From Felis catus (taxonomy: Eukaryota), in assembly GCF_018350175.1 (NCBI RefSeq), contig NC_058375.1, forward strand, positions 13,268,001 through 13,332,000: DNA of 64,000 bases, written 5' to 3'. A program made the position numbers and the translations under genes. Below the pieces are notes generated by a model that ran no database searches, had not been told where the DNA came from, and saw only the letters and a program-made list of their open reading frames with translations. Positions 35,947 through 48,548 of the stretch are shown here, in pieces (position 1 is the stretch's first letter; each line of letters starts with the position of its first letter).

Positions 35947-36384
35947 AGGCCAAGGAACAACCATAGGTGTGGCCCAGAGCTTTAGGACTTGAGAAGATCC
36001 AGTCTGGAGAGTCCCCCAGCTGAGCCTCTCTCCTGACCGTGCTGTGAGACGTGAAGCAATGCCCCCTGGGAACCCAGATGGAAAACATTCCTCTCCTCCG
36101 TCTTCACTCCATACATACCTGTTGAGCACCCCCACCACCCCCCGCCACTGTTTTAGGCACCACAGGAAACAAATAAATAAGTAAATAGAGAGGATGATTT
36201 CAGATGATGCTATGAAGCCAATAAAATAAGCTGATATGAGAAAGAGGGTCCTGGTTTGCATTTCCAAGGTGCAGACTCTGAGAAAAGGATGTGAGTACAA
36301 ATGGTCCATGAAGGCACTGAAGGAAAACTGAACAGGGAAAGTGTGAGGGGGCGCAAGGAAGTGAAGAAAATCAGTATTTTCTTT

Positions 36385-37780
36385 TCTCCTTTCCTTTTGA
36401 AGTAATTTCAAATTTACAGAAGAATTGCAAGAACAGTACAAAAACCTTTCTTTTCCTGAACAATTTTTTTTGGCCGGCGGGGGGCGGGGGGGAGTAGATT
36501 GGTGACGGGATGCTTCATCACTCCCCAAATCTTTAGTGCTTATTTATTCCCTGCAAACAAGGACACTCTCCCACAGAACCACAATACAACCATCGAAATC
36601 AGGAAATGAATATTGCTGGATTACAACCTTTCTACCCACAGAGCCTCCGTTGTCTCGACAACGTCCTTCCTTCCTGGCAAAGTGATCCATCTACTCAGGA
36701 CCACACACGACTCACATCACATGTGGTTTCCCTGGTCTCTTCCAGTCTGGGACAGTCCCTCAAACTTTCAGGACCTTGACACTTTTGACAATTTCACGTC
36801 AGTTGTTTCATACAATGTCCCTCAATGGGGGTCCCATTCGACGTTTCTTTATAGTTAGGTTCAAGTAATGCATTTTGGCAGGCATATCCCCAAAGTGCCA
36901 CGGGGTTCCTCTTGCACCCAGATTTGTCCCATTACTGGCGATTTGATCAGTCACTCAAGGTGGTGGCCACCCGGGATTTCCAGGCAAAGTTACTCTTTTC
37001 CCCTTCGTAATTAATAAGTACATTGTGGTGAAATACTTTGAGACTGTGTAAGTATCTTGTTCCTTATCAAACTTCCACCCCCCAATTTTAGCATCCATTG
37101 ATATTTTTAACAGAATTAGTTATTAGGATGAGGGTTCTAATTCCATCATCACTTCTGCATTTGTTGGTTGACTTTCTACTATAAGACCTTTCTCTTTTGC
37201 CCAGTTATTTATTCACTCATTTATTTTTATCAGTATAGACTCAGAGGTTCTTATTTCATTCAATGGATTTTAATCTGCTACGAACATTTTTTTGATACTC
37301 AAAATGTCTCAGATGTGGCCAGTGGGGGGGGGGGGAGGGAAGGGGAGAGGGGCGGGGAGGTGCTTCAAGCTGCCTTCTGGGTCCATTTGACATTTTCTCC
37401 TCATATTTTGAGCATGTCCTTACTCTCTAGCACAGAAAGATGTTTTAGCTCATCTTGAGCAACCTTTGCCCCCACCTTATTCCTTTGAGCGAAGAAAGGC
37501 ATTTAGAAACCAAGAACTGGGTGCTAGGGTGCTCACTGCTTTTGGGGTGCTCGTGCTTCCAAGCTCTCGGTGACTCTGTGCATCTAATTCTATATTTATT
37601 TATCGCCACGTGTTGAAAACGTGAGTTACACTGATACCTCCAATTCCAATCCAAAAGCACAGAGTTTATTCTCGCCTTTCTCTCTTTCCATATTTATAAC
37701 CCCTCAGACAACGAGAAATCACCCACTACCCTCAATATAATTACTGGGTCGATTCCCCCACGTGTAACAATCTTCCGTAA
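36385..37780 (-). mobile_element. Old L1 (L1MC-like) 3' region
   Basis: ttttgaagtaatttcaaatttacagaagaattgcaaga end motif; tttagaaaccaagaactgggtgctagg. Confidence 0.7.
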
Positions 37781-38374
37781 CCTCTGGCGCTCACTCATGC
37801 CGTCACTCTCATCATCCTGCCAGGGCACTGTTACCCCAAGTCAAGCCCCCATGCCTTCCTCCCCCACGCAAACACCTTCTTCTCTGCTCAGGCTCCAACG
37901 CCTCCCACCCGCCAGCTACCTGCCCGTGAACCCATTTCCCCCTTGCAGACATCGACCAAGTCTGTGCCAACCTGACGGCTTTTGGACAGCATCAGTCACG
38001 AAGGCAGAGAGGAAAGAAGGAAGCTATGAACTAGATTCTAATTCTGACAATGCACTCTGCCCTGGGTTGGATTCTCTAGAAGCACTGCCTGCAAGCAGGA
38101 TGCATGTGTACGTGAGTTATTGAGGAAGTGTCTCAGGAGAAATCGGCAAGAGGGTAAGCGAAGTGGGAGGGAGGAAAGACAAGAGCCACACAAGGGAGGA
38201 GAAAGCTACAGTTAGATCCACTCACCGAAGCAGCATAGGACCTGGGGTGGGCCACCGAATCGTAAAAGGGATACCAGGGGATCTGGGTGGGGCACTAACA
38301 GCCCCTGCTACACATCCATTTCCTCTCATTCTGAAGAGAACAAAGATTTCCATTCTGACACGCCAGGACTGTGT

Positions 38375-38646
38375 GCCAAGGCTTAACAGAGTTTTGTCTA
38401 AAGGGCCAGATCATAAACATTTTAGGCTTTGAAGGCCACATGGTCTCATTCACAACTACTCGGCTCTGTTCTTCTAGTTCTCAGGTGGGCACAGACAACA
38501 TGTAGATGAATGGGTGTGATTGTTCCTATAAAACCGGATCTACAGGGGGGTCTGGGTGGCTCAGTCGGGTAAGCGTCTGACTCTTGATTTCTGCCCAGGT
38601 CACGATTTCATGGTTTGTGAGACTGAGCCCCGCACTGGGGCTTGGG

Positions 38647-38691
<45 letters not shown>

Positions 38692-38855
38692 GGATTCTTT
38701 CCCTCTCCCTCTCTCTCCCCCTTTCCCTCTCAGGCACATGGGAGTGCACTCTCTCTCTCTCTCTTTCAAAATAAATAAAGTTAAAAAAAACCTGCATATA
38801 CAAAAACAGACAGAGGCCAATATTTGGCCCATGGGACATAATTTATGGATCTCTA
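38375..38855. mobile_element. MER58A-like hAT-Charlie MITE, interrupted by a Can-SINE (38545-38790, +)
   Basis: taaagggccagat..aaacattttaggctttg..ggccacatggtctc..caactactc and aaaaacag..ggcc..atttggccc. Confidence 0.78.
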
Positions 38856-39149
38856 CAGCCTCTCCTGCCAGGCTGTGAGTCCAAACAAATCCAGGTACTT
38901 TGTGGGGATCAGTTGATGAATGCTCCCTCTAAACCACCAAGGTTAACGTGGAAGTTCCAGCCTTCTCAATGTTTTCCAAGACCTAAGCAGAGAGAGCAAC
39001 AAACAGGAAGTGATTTGGAGGAATGAAATCAGGAGTTCTAAGTTTTCTCCCAGTTTGGGATCTAGAACTGGATTGAGGGGCAAATCGGTCGGCCAAGGGC
39101 CCAAACTCTTGCAAGGGGCTGAACTTACTGGAATAGTAAGATGGAGAAA

Positions 39150-40250
39150 ATTTAACCGAGGGGCTCACAACGTTGGCAACATCGTACGCAAAAGAACACG
39201 GTGGACCCCGGCTTCACACCATAAACAAAATCTGACTTGAAAGGGGTCAAAGGGGGCGCCTGGGTGACTGGGTGGCTCAGTCAGTTAAGTGTCTGACTTC
39301 GGCTCAGGTCACAATCTCGCTGTCTGTGAGTTCGAGCCCCGCGTCGGGCTCTGTGCTGACAGCTTGGAGCCTGGAGCCCGCTTCGGATTCTGTGTCTCCC
39401 TCTCTCTCTGTCCCTCCCCTGCTCATGCTCTGTCTCTCTCTGTCCTCAATAATAAAAAAAGTTAAAAAAAAAGAAGAAAAGAAAAGAAAACATAGGTGTG
39501 AACCTTTGTGACCTTGGAGTAAGCAATGGTTTCTTATATGTGATACCTAAATCACTAGCATTCAAAGAAAACATTGATGAATTGTACTTCATAAAAATTT
39601 CATACTTTTGTGTGTTTAGTGACACTTTAATGGTTAACTTGATGTGTCAATACAGCTAGGCCATACTATCCAGTTACCTAAGCAAACACTGGCCCAGATG
39701 TTATTGTGAAGGCATTTTGTAGAAGTCCTTAACACCTATAATCGGTTGACTTTAAGTGAAGGACATTACCTTCCACAGGGTGGGTGAGCCACATCCAATC
39801 TGTTGAAAGCCATAGAGCAAAACCTGAGGTTTCTGGGAAAGAAGACATTCTCTCCCTCCCAAGAATATGCCATCAATTCTGTCTGAGCTTCCAGCCTGCA
39901 GACCCACAGTATGAATGTCAGACGTGACACCCCCCACATTTGTGTGAGCCAGTTTCTTAAAATACATTTCTTTTTTATTGCTTGTATTGCCTGTGCTTCT
40001 CTGGAGAACCCTGACTGACACAGACACTCTCAGGACAGTGAAAAGACAATCCGTAGAATGGGACCAAATCATGTATCTGATAAGGGTCTAGTATCCAGAA
40101 TATGTAAAGAGCTCTTATTACTCAATAAGAAAAAAGGCAACCCAATTTAAAAACGGGCAAGGGGGTTTGGATAGACACTTCTCCAAAGTTGGGCAAATGG
40201 CCAATAGGCGCATGAAAAGACGCTCAGCATCATTAGTCATCAAGGGAATG
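39150..40250 (+). mobile_element. Old L1 ORF2 3' fragment hosting a SINE (39252-39490) and an MLT2 LTR
   Basis: tatctgataagggtctagtatccagaatatgtaaagagctc and catgaaaagacgctcagcatcattagtcatca. Confidence 0.8.
39626..40022 (+). mobile_element. ERVL solo LTR (MLT2-like)
   Basis: Start atggttaacttgatgtgtcaa, end ctggagaaccctgactgacaca; 5-bp TSD gacac at 39621-39625 and 40023-40027. Confidence 0.85.
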
Positions 40251-40469
40251 TGTATTCTTTTGGGGAAAGTTCATCGAGCTTCTGGGATCTGTGGGTTTCT
40301 ATTTCTCATCAAACTTGAAAGCATTTTGACTATATTTCTTTAAGTTTCTTGCACCTCTTCCCCTTCCTTCTGGGTCTCATATGTTAAATCACTTGTCCCA
40401 TAGGTCACTAATGCTCAAGTTTTTCCTTTTAGTCTTTTCCTCTGTGTACTCTGTTGTAAATAGTTTCTT

Positions 40470-40703
40470 TTATTTTAATTTCTTTATTAAATTTTTAAAA
40501 AATGTTTATTTATTTTGAAGAGAGAGAGAGACAGAGTGCGAGCAGGGGAGGGGCAGAGAGAGAGGGAGACGCAGAATCCGAAGGAAGTTCCAGGCTCCAA
40601 GCTGTCAGCACAGAGCCCGACGCGGGGCTCGAACTCACGAACCGCGAGATCATGACCCGAGCTGAAGTCGGACGCTTAACCGACTGAGCCACCCAGGCGC
40701 CCC
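40470..40703 (-). mobile_element. Can-SINE within an antisense old L1 fragment (~40250-40970)
   Basis: TSD taaatagtttc. Confidence 0.93.
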
Positions 40704-43700
40704 ATAAATAGTTTCAATTGCTACATCTTCACGTTCACTGATCTTTCCTTCTGTCATCTAATATGCTTTTAACCTCATCTAGTATTATTTTTCATTTCAG
40801 ATATTGTTATACCACCTCACTAATCTCCTTTCTCTTGGGACAATCTGTGCTGCATGTTCCCCGTATCTGAAAAACATCGCTGCATGTCGTTCTGTCTGAT
40901 TTGCTACATGTTTTGGATGGGAAGGGTAACTCTGGGTCTCATTTCTTCATTATGGCCGGAAGTGGAATTCAAACATGCTTTAAAACCACCCCGGTAAGCC
41001 GTTTAGGTTGGCAAATAAGGAGCCAGGAAGCCTATGCTGGCAAATGAGCTGGCCGCTAACCAACTTCAAGAGAGCGGGCTCTGCTCACCGTGAGAGTTCT
41101 GCTTTGTCGAACGGGGTGTGCAAATTTGAGGCCCTGAGCAGACCGCTCAGAACCGGGAATCTTCCTCGGTCCTGGTTCCAGAGTTCAGAACCTGAATCCA
41201 GAGTTCAGATTCCCTTTGAAAGAAAGGTTGGACAGTTATGGAAATAACTGCCTTTGAAGGGTCACCAAGCTATTAGCCTGTTCAAGACACACCTGTGTCT
41301 CTGTCTGACCTGTGAGAACAGCAGGATCACGGGAACGCCTGGTCTCCAGGTAATTGGAAATGACAGTTCTCACGGGGTAGCAGTCTTTCCTGCACGTCGA
41401 TCCGATCATGCCACTGGTAACTGTGGCCATTCTCCGGGTACCGTTCAAGCTTCCGCGTGGCCTCCAGAGAACGCCCTTGGAGATCTGGCAACACCTTAGG
41501 TTCCAGCCACACCAAGCCTCCCGTGCCCTCTCACCTACCTCCAGTTCTGTTTGAGCAGTGCCCGCCCGCATGACTTTTCCCCATTCAGAGAAATTCCCCC
41601 TTTTTATAGCGGCCCCAAATGAAAGTAACAACACCTACTTCCGCGTCATTAAAACGAGGGGGGGTTAGGGACGGGCGATCAGATTTAGCAATAAGGATGC
41701 TGTTACAAGGGCGACCGAGGGCATTCACAACCAAGGTGTTCTGGATCCAGTGGCTTGCCCTCTGCCATCGCCCTGGGTTGAGCCAGGCTGTTTGCATCCT
41801 TGACCCCAAAATCCTACCAGAAGATAGATCACAAGTTAAGTCTCAGCTGGATAAGAATAATATGAGCCTTGGTCTTTCAAACACTTAACTCCTAAAATAA
41901 TCAGTACGATACAGGTGGAGTCAGAGAAAACCTAGATTCAAATGCTGACTTCCCCACTCCCCAGCTTTGTGACTCCAGATAAGTTTCCCCTCCTCCCCCC
42001 GCCCCCCTCTCTTTCTCTCTCCCTCTCTCTGCCTTGGAGATTTGCCTTGGACATAAATGAAGATGACCTCAGCCCCCTCCCACGGTTGTCATAAGATTAA
42101 ATGAGACAGTGGGTGTGAAGCACTCTGCCCAGCGTCTGCCACAAGAAAACCACTTAGCGAATATTAGCTGTTGTAGAAATGGGAACAGCCAGTCTACAGC
42201 GGTCACGAGGCTGTGGACTTTATTGCTGACGTGTCCAAGAGCCTGTCGTCAGATAAGACCTCCGCGGGACCTCTGCCTTTAGCCTCTCGGCACAGTTTAC
42301 ATAAAAGGACAAACCAATTCAAGTTTCTCTTTGGCACCGGGCACATGAATTAGCTCCTACACGTACTCTGCAACATGGAACACTTTTCTGTGATTGAATA
42401 AAGGCGGGGAAACCCATCTGGCTGACTGGTTGGCTGGCTTTTTGCTGCAAGTAACTCTCGCAAACAAGGAAAGGGGAAAATCTATATCTGAGCTGACTTC
42501 TGTGTAATGCAGCCAGCCGGGACACTGGCCAAATTTCCTGGGCTAGAAATTAAAAAAGGGATTTTTTTTTTTTTTTCTCTCTTGTCTGTAGGCACCAGTC
42601 TGCCTTCAGGTGTGTGTATTTTGCCAGGGACAGCACTGGATCCCATACTTCGTTGGTTTGGGGGCGTCTCGATCCTAATTCCAAATCTTTTCCTCAATAT
42701 GAACACACTGTGTCGTGTGAATGAAGATTTCTTTTATGGCTCCCTGTTGAGACGAGCATTTCAGACGACAACAGCCCCTCCCTACTGGCTAGTCCGGATT
42801 GGTGATACGTCCCTCCTTCCCTAAAAGGCTGACTGGCAAGAAGGGAAATGGGTATTGGTGGTTTCACAATGCCTGGTAAAATTTAAAAAAATTTAAAAAA
42901 AGGCAGACTGTTTGCAGCTGGTTTCTCCTTGTCCTTGGTTGCACCAAGAATAAAAAAGATTTGGGGAAGTTAGAGATGAAAGAGTGAAGAGTGATTATTA
43001 TCCATTCTCCCGTTGGCCAGGACACATCCTGGATGACCGAGGGGCTGGCACGCACCTACGCCTCTCTGCCATCTCTTCAGTCAGGTGCCCACCTGGCTGA
43101 TTTGGGGCTGGGATCAGGACGCTTGCTGACTGAGGTACGGATGCACCTGGCCAAGGGCAAAGGCTTATCTGCTCAGAAGTGGACTCATGAGGTCCAGAAA
43201 ATGATGTCACCCTTGTTTCTGTAGACACCGTGTGGAGTTTTTATCTCATAAAAGGCTACACGTTTCCCCACTCTAAGAATTTAGTGAGCGAGACCCCTCT
43301 CAAACTCATAGTTGCCAACTCCAGTTAGCATGGCTCCTGGGCTCGGAGCACAGCTTGAGCGCTGCATTGAAGAATTTGCGGATGGTTTGTTTCCCAGGAG
43401 ATCAGCCACCATGTCCCTGCCTTTGGTCCAGACCACTGGTGCATAAAAGGCTCAAATTCACTTCCACATACACTACCTAATAGCCTCCTTACCTAGGGCT
43501 AGGAGGGGAGTGTGTGCGCGCGCGCGTGTGTGTGTGTGGTAGGGATAATCAATAAAATGTAGAGACTACCCTCCAAAACTGATCTCTGGAGACCATGCAT
43601 TGCCTTTAAGATCCTTAAGGCTGAGACAACTAACAAATCGACACCAGCTTCTTCCCTGGCACCCCCAGGGGGCTTGGTGCCATCTTATGGAAGCATAGGA

Positions 43701-44993
43701 GACATGGGGGGAAGAAGACCCTTCGTTTGGGGGCCCTGTTTGCGATGTCACCCACACCTTCTGCCCCCACCCCCCCTACTGCTTTCCTATGTCACCAGGG
43801 TAACCAACACATCACCCACAACCCCCAAAGGTACAGCAGCCAGTCAGCCGGAAGGTCGACACTAATGAAAGATGCTATCTGGAAAACCAATGCCAAGCCA
43901 AGTTGACATCATTAACTGTATTTGTGGGCCTTGAGGTTTGGAAAGTGAGGGCGGGGTGAGAGGAGAGCTGGGGAGGGGGGCATCCTCTTCCGAAGCTTCG
44001 GGAACAAAGAGAGCCATTTGGATGACTTCCAGTTAGCGACAGCATCATTGGGAGTGGCTATCTAATTAGTGCCTGACCAGCTTCCGAGAGACGGCTGCAC
44101 GTGGCAAATAAGCAGGGACGCCTGGCTTCTCTCTGCTCCAGTCCGTGAACTTGCAGGGTGTCGACAGCTTCTGATTCATTCAGTCTTCATTGCCGTTATT
44201 CCAACGCCGGAGGGTGTTTTCCCCCCAAAAAAGGGCCATTTGCATCATGGCGTTTGGAGCGCAGTTTAATAATGTTGCTGACATCCCAAATACCCCCCGG
44301 AGCCACTTAAGAAAAGTCATTATCAGTTCTGTGAGGTTGATGGGGAAAGGAGAAACATGTACGCGACAACAAACGTCCTTTTTATCCGGTTTTTAACTTT
44401 CCAGTGAGCCAAGTTTACTTCTGTATGGTCTTGAGCGAGGAGAATGACTTGGATTGGCCTTGATTTCCAGGAGGGTTAATCACACACACATCCCGAAGGA
44501 TCCTTGCGAGAATATATGGCAGAGGTGTGGCTCAGTAGGTGATCAAGAAACAATATGTGATGACGGTGACGTTAACAATGACGCTGCTGCTGGAGGTGAT
44601 AAAGAGGACGGTGGTGGTGATGAAGAGGACGATCTCGATGATATTTACTTCCCCTTCAGGGGTCTTATCTCCCAGCCTGGGAAGAACTCAACCACCTAAC
44701 GTAAGGAGGGGCTGTTGATTGACGCGCCCACATGTGTCGGCGTTCATTGTACAGTGAGGCATAATAATGATAATTAACACGTGTAAAGAATACGTTTTCA
44801 AAGTACTTTTATGAGTACTATCTTGCTTGTACCGTTCCAGTGCTCAGTGAGGAAATTGCTATTCTTGCCCTCAGTTTATAGACAAAAAAAAAAAATAAAT
44901 GTGGTTCCAAAGATTAAGAACTTTGTCTACGGTCGCACGTTTGGTAAGTAAAGTTGCCAGGTCTTGAACGTAAGCCTTGAAACCACCAATCTT

Positions 44994-45223
44994 GGGGCGC
45001 CTGGGTGGCGCAGTCAGTTAAGCGTCCGACTTCAGCCAGGTCACGATCTCGCGGTCCGTGAGTTCGAGCCCCGCGTCGGGCTCTGGGCTGATGGCTCAGA
45101 GCCTGGAGCCTGTTTCAGATTCTGTGTCTCCCTCTCTCTCTGCCCCTCCCCCATTCATGCTCTGTCTCTCTCTGTCCCAAAAATAAATAAATGTTGAAAA
45201 AAAAATTAAAAAAAAAAAAAAAA
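44994..45223 (+). mobile_element. Young felid SINE (SINEC_Fc type)
   Basis: Perfect TSD gaaaccaccaatct at 44979-44992 and 45224-45237; long A tail. Confidence 0.96.
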
Positions 45224-45459
45224 GAAACCACCAATCTGATATCCTTCCTGTGACACACATGTTGCCTCTCAAGCATTTCAGGAGCACAGGGAGAGAAGCT
45301 TAGGACGTTGACTGAGGTTCCAGCACTTGGACTTTATCAATAAAGGAGTTCAAGAGACAGAGACCTGTGATGGACTGAGCTTCAATGGCCAATGACGTCG
45401 GCCACCGAGGAGCTGATACGAATGCAGCAGAAAGCCAGAATTCCAAAATACATTTAAGG

Positions 45460-45990
45460 AAATTGTCTGTTATCCCTGGCTACGTAAAAAGCCACCGCAA
45501 AATTTAGTGGCTCACAATAACCACCATTTTATATCGTCTCACAATTCTGGAAGCTGAGTGGCCGTAGGTAATTCTACTCTATGCAATGTCAACTAGGTTG
45601 CGGTCACTGGGGGTAGACTAAACAGAAACACATCAAATGGTGCACTCCGCCACTGGCAGTTGATGATGCCCATTGGCTGAGGTCTCAGATGGAGAGCCTT
45701 GGTGCTCCTCCCGGTGGCTTGGGCTTGTCACAGCTGGGCTGGCTTCTGAAAGCAAGGACCTCAAGGGCAAACATTACCAAAGAAAGGCAAGAGAAGCCAC
45801 CAGAGTTCTTAAGACCTGGGCTCAGAAGTCCCAGCACATCACGCCTACCACAGTCTACTGATCAAAGCAGTCACAGGGCCAGCCCCCTTTCAAAGAGGAA
45901 GGAAACAAGCCCCACCTCTTGAGGTGAGAGAAGGCTTGCGTGTCTGAGGAGGGGAGGAATTCATGACAGCCGTCTCAGGCATAAATCACA
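45460..45990. mobile_element. Old MaLR LTR (MLT1-like)
   Basis: aaaatttagtggct..caataaccaccatttta..ctcacaattctg; caaagcagtcacagggccagccc. Confidence 0.6.
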
Positions 45991-47793
45991 CTGAACTTGG
46001 GGTTGCACAGTGTTACCTCATTAGAGTAATGGAAACAACGGTAGCTGATTACCGAGTGAAAAGCTAGGCACGGGTGGTTTTCATGTGTCATGTCTATTCT
46101 CACCACAGGTAGGGATTGTAGAGATTAAGTGATTTGTCCAAGGCATCACACACAGACACAACATTCGGAGGAAGGAAAAGGGCCGTCCCTGCCCGGGTGC
46201 CCTTTCTAGAAGAGAGAAGGCTTTCGCTGGCAACCCCCTCCCGTCCCCAGAAGATTTCCTGTCACTCTTCCTTGGCCAAGATTGAACTGTATGTCAAGCC
46301 TGAATCAAGTGACTAAGCGAGGGGATTGCATTATGGATGCTGTAAACAGGTGCTTCCCCACACAAAAGCTGATCATTTGTGCACCTCTCTGGGGGCGGCT
46401 ATCCCGGGAGTTCTGACTACCTGACCACACACCTAGCTATCTTGAGGGCTGATGGGGCTCATCTCTCAGCTTAGAAAATCACTGGACATTGGAGAGTCAA
46501 CCACAAATCGCCGTGGCTAGAAAAGGGCAAGACTAGAACTAAACCCCCACCTCTTTCATCCCCAGGCCCACGTCCCTTCCATACTCTCTGCACCATCTCA
46601 GCACAGATGTGTTGAGAGAGGCAGTTCCAGGCTCCTACCTCTGCTGTCCATGCTGATGATGTGGCCATCCCCCCGTCAGGCACTTGAGTGGTATGTGGTC
46701 CTGTGCCTTTGCCTCCAGAGCTCCCCTGCGCCATGGTGGGCAATTGAGAGGCAGACTCGGAGCACAGCCTCCTGGGAGGCTAGGAGAAACTACTCTCCTG
46801 CTGGCCCGGGCCTTGTGTGGGGATGGGCCACATGTATAAGTGGACTCTGCTGAGCATACGGAGCCCTGAATCCCTCCGTTCAGCCATCGGAATCCAGCCA
46901 CTCCACTTGTCTCTGCGGCGTCTGAGCAATGGTACCTATCTTATGTAAGGACATACTTCGTCCCTCCATCAAACCAAACCCAGACCCCCAAATTGTAGCC
47001 CTTGGGAAAGAAGTCTCAGGATTGGGGCAGAGGCAGTGGATAACCAAAAAGTCCGGCAGGGTGAGCTGTAACATCCAAGCTGGCCTCTTCATGCACATGC
47101 GTGGTGTCATGCTTCTCGGCGTGACTTGTTTCTCCAGCCAGGTTGGTTGCAGGCCTTCCATGGCTGCTGGGGGCTCACAAGAATACGAAACTGGAAGTTT
47201 CCTGCCCTTCACTTCTGCTCCATTCTACTGGCTGAAGCGAGTCCCTGGGCTGACCCCAGTCCAATTTGGGGATGAGATTCTACGGGGGTGTGAGGGCCGA
47301 GAATGGTGGTCCATGGTACCCAACTTCAAAGAACCTGGACCGCAAGAAAACAGGAAGAACTTCCAGTTGTCCAGAGTAACACACTGCATCCAGATTCCCT
47401 GGTAAGTTCACCCTGATGCATCTATCCAGAATGAAGTCAGAAATGTGATTTAAAATTACGGGAAGGTGGTCGGGAAGAAGCCTGGCTTCTCCCGGTAAGG
47501 TGGAGGTCATTACAGGATCTCCAAATGAGGCAGGATTCACTGACAGAGGATGCTCAGCAAATTTCAGGATTGATGGTTCTTCAGTCATTAAAAGCCACCA
47601 AAAATCTAATTCCAAGACTCAGATTCCTATTCCTCTAACGCATGCCCTACCTCTCGCTTAAGAGAACTACTGAGGCTCTGCATTCAACTTACATTGTAGT
47701 TCAGCAACCTACAGTTTCAAGTAAGGTAGCTGATTTTTCAGCCATTACACCTGTAGTCAACAGAGGTTGACTATAATGAATAAAGAGAAATCA

Positions 47794-48548
47794 TTTTGTT
47801 TTCAATATATGAAATTTATTGTCAAATTGGTTTCCATACAACACCCAGTGCTCATCCCAAAAGGTGCCCTCCTCAGTACCGATCACCCACCCTCCCCTCC
47901 CTCCCACCCCCCATCGACCCTCAGTTTATTCTCAGTTTTTAAGAGTCTCTTATGCTTTGGCTCTCTCCCACTCTAACCTCTTTTTTTTTTTCCTTCCCCT
48001 CCCCCATGGGTTTCTGTTAAGTTTCTCAGGATCCACATAAGAGTGAAAACATATGGTATCTGTCTTTCTCTGTATGGCTTATTTCACTTAGCATCACAAT
48101 CTCCAGTTCCAGCCACGTTGCTGCAAAGGGCCAATTTCGTTCTTTCTCATTGCCACGTAGTACTCCATTGTGTATATAAACCACAATTTTTTTATCCATT
48201 CATCAGTTGATGGACACTTAGGTTCTTTCCATAATTTGGCTATTGTTGAGAGTGCTGCTATAAACATTGGGGTACAAGTGCCCCTATGCATCAGTACTCC
48301 TGTATCCCTTGGGTAAATTCCTAGCAGTGCTATTGCTGGGTCATAGGGTAGGTCTATTTTTAATGTTCTGAGGAACCTCCACACTGTTTTCCAGAGTGGC
48401 TGCACCAATTTGCATTCCCACCAACAGTGCAAGAGGGTTCCCGTTTCTCCACGTCCTCTCCGGCATCTATAGTCTCCTGATGTGTTCATTTTGGCCACTC
48501 TGACTGGCGTGAGGTGATATCTGAGTGTGGTTTTGATTTGTATTTCCC
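47794..48548 (-). mobile_element. Young 5'-truncated felid L1 (L1_Fc-type): ORF2 C-terminus and 3'UTR
   Basis: ORF 48094-48609 encodes [48 protein letters not shown] (L1 ORF2 Cys-rich end), frameshifted near the end; felid 3'UTR tttattgtcaaattggtttccatacaacaccc. Confidence 0.95.

Noticed and set aside
44454-44699. Acidic ORF (DDGDVNNDAAAGGDKEDGGGDEEDD)
   Set aside because: Decayed (GAT/GGT)n simple repeat with no splice or homology support.
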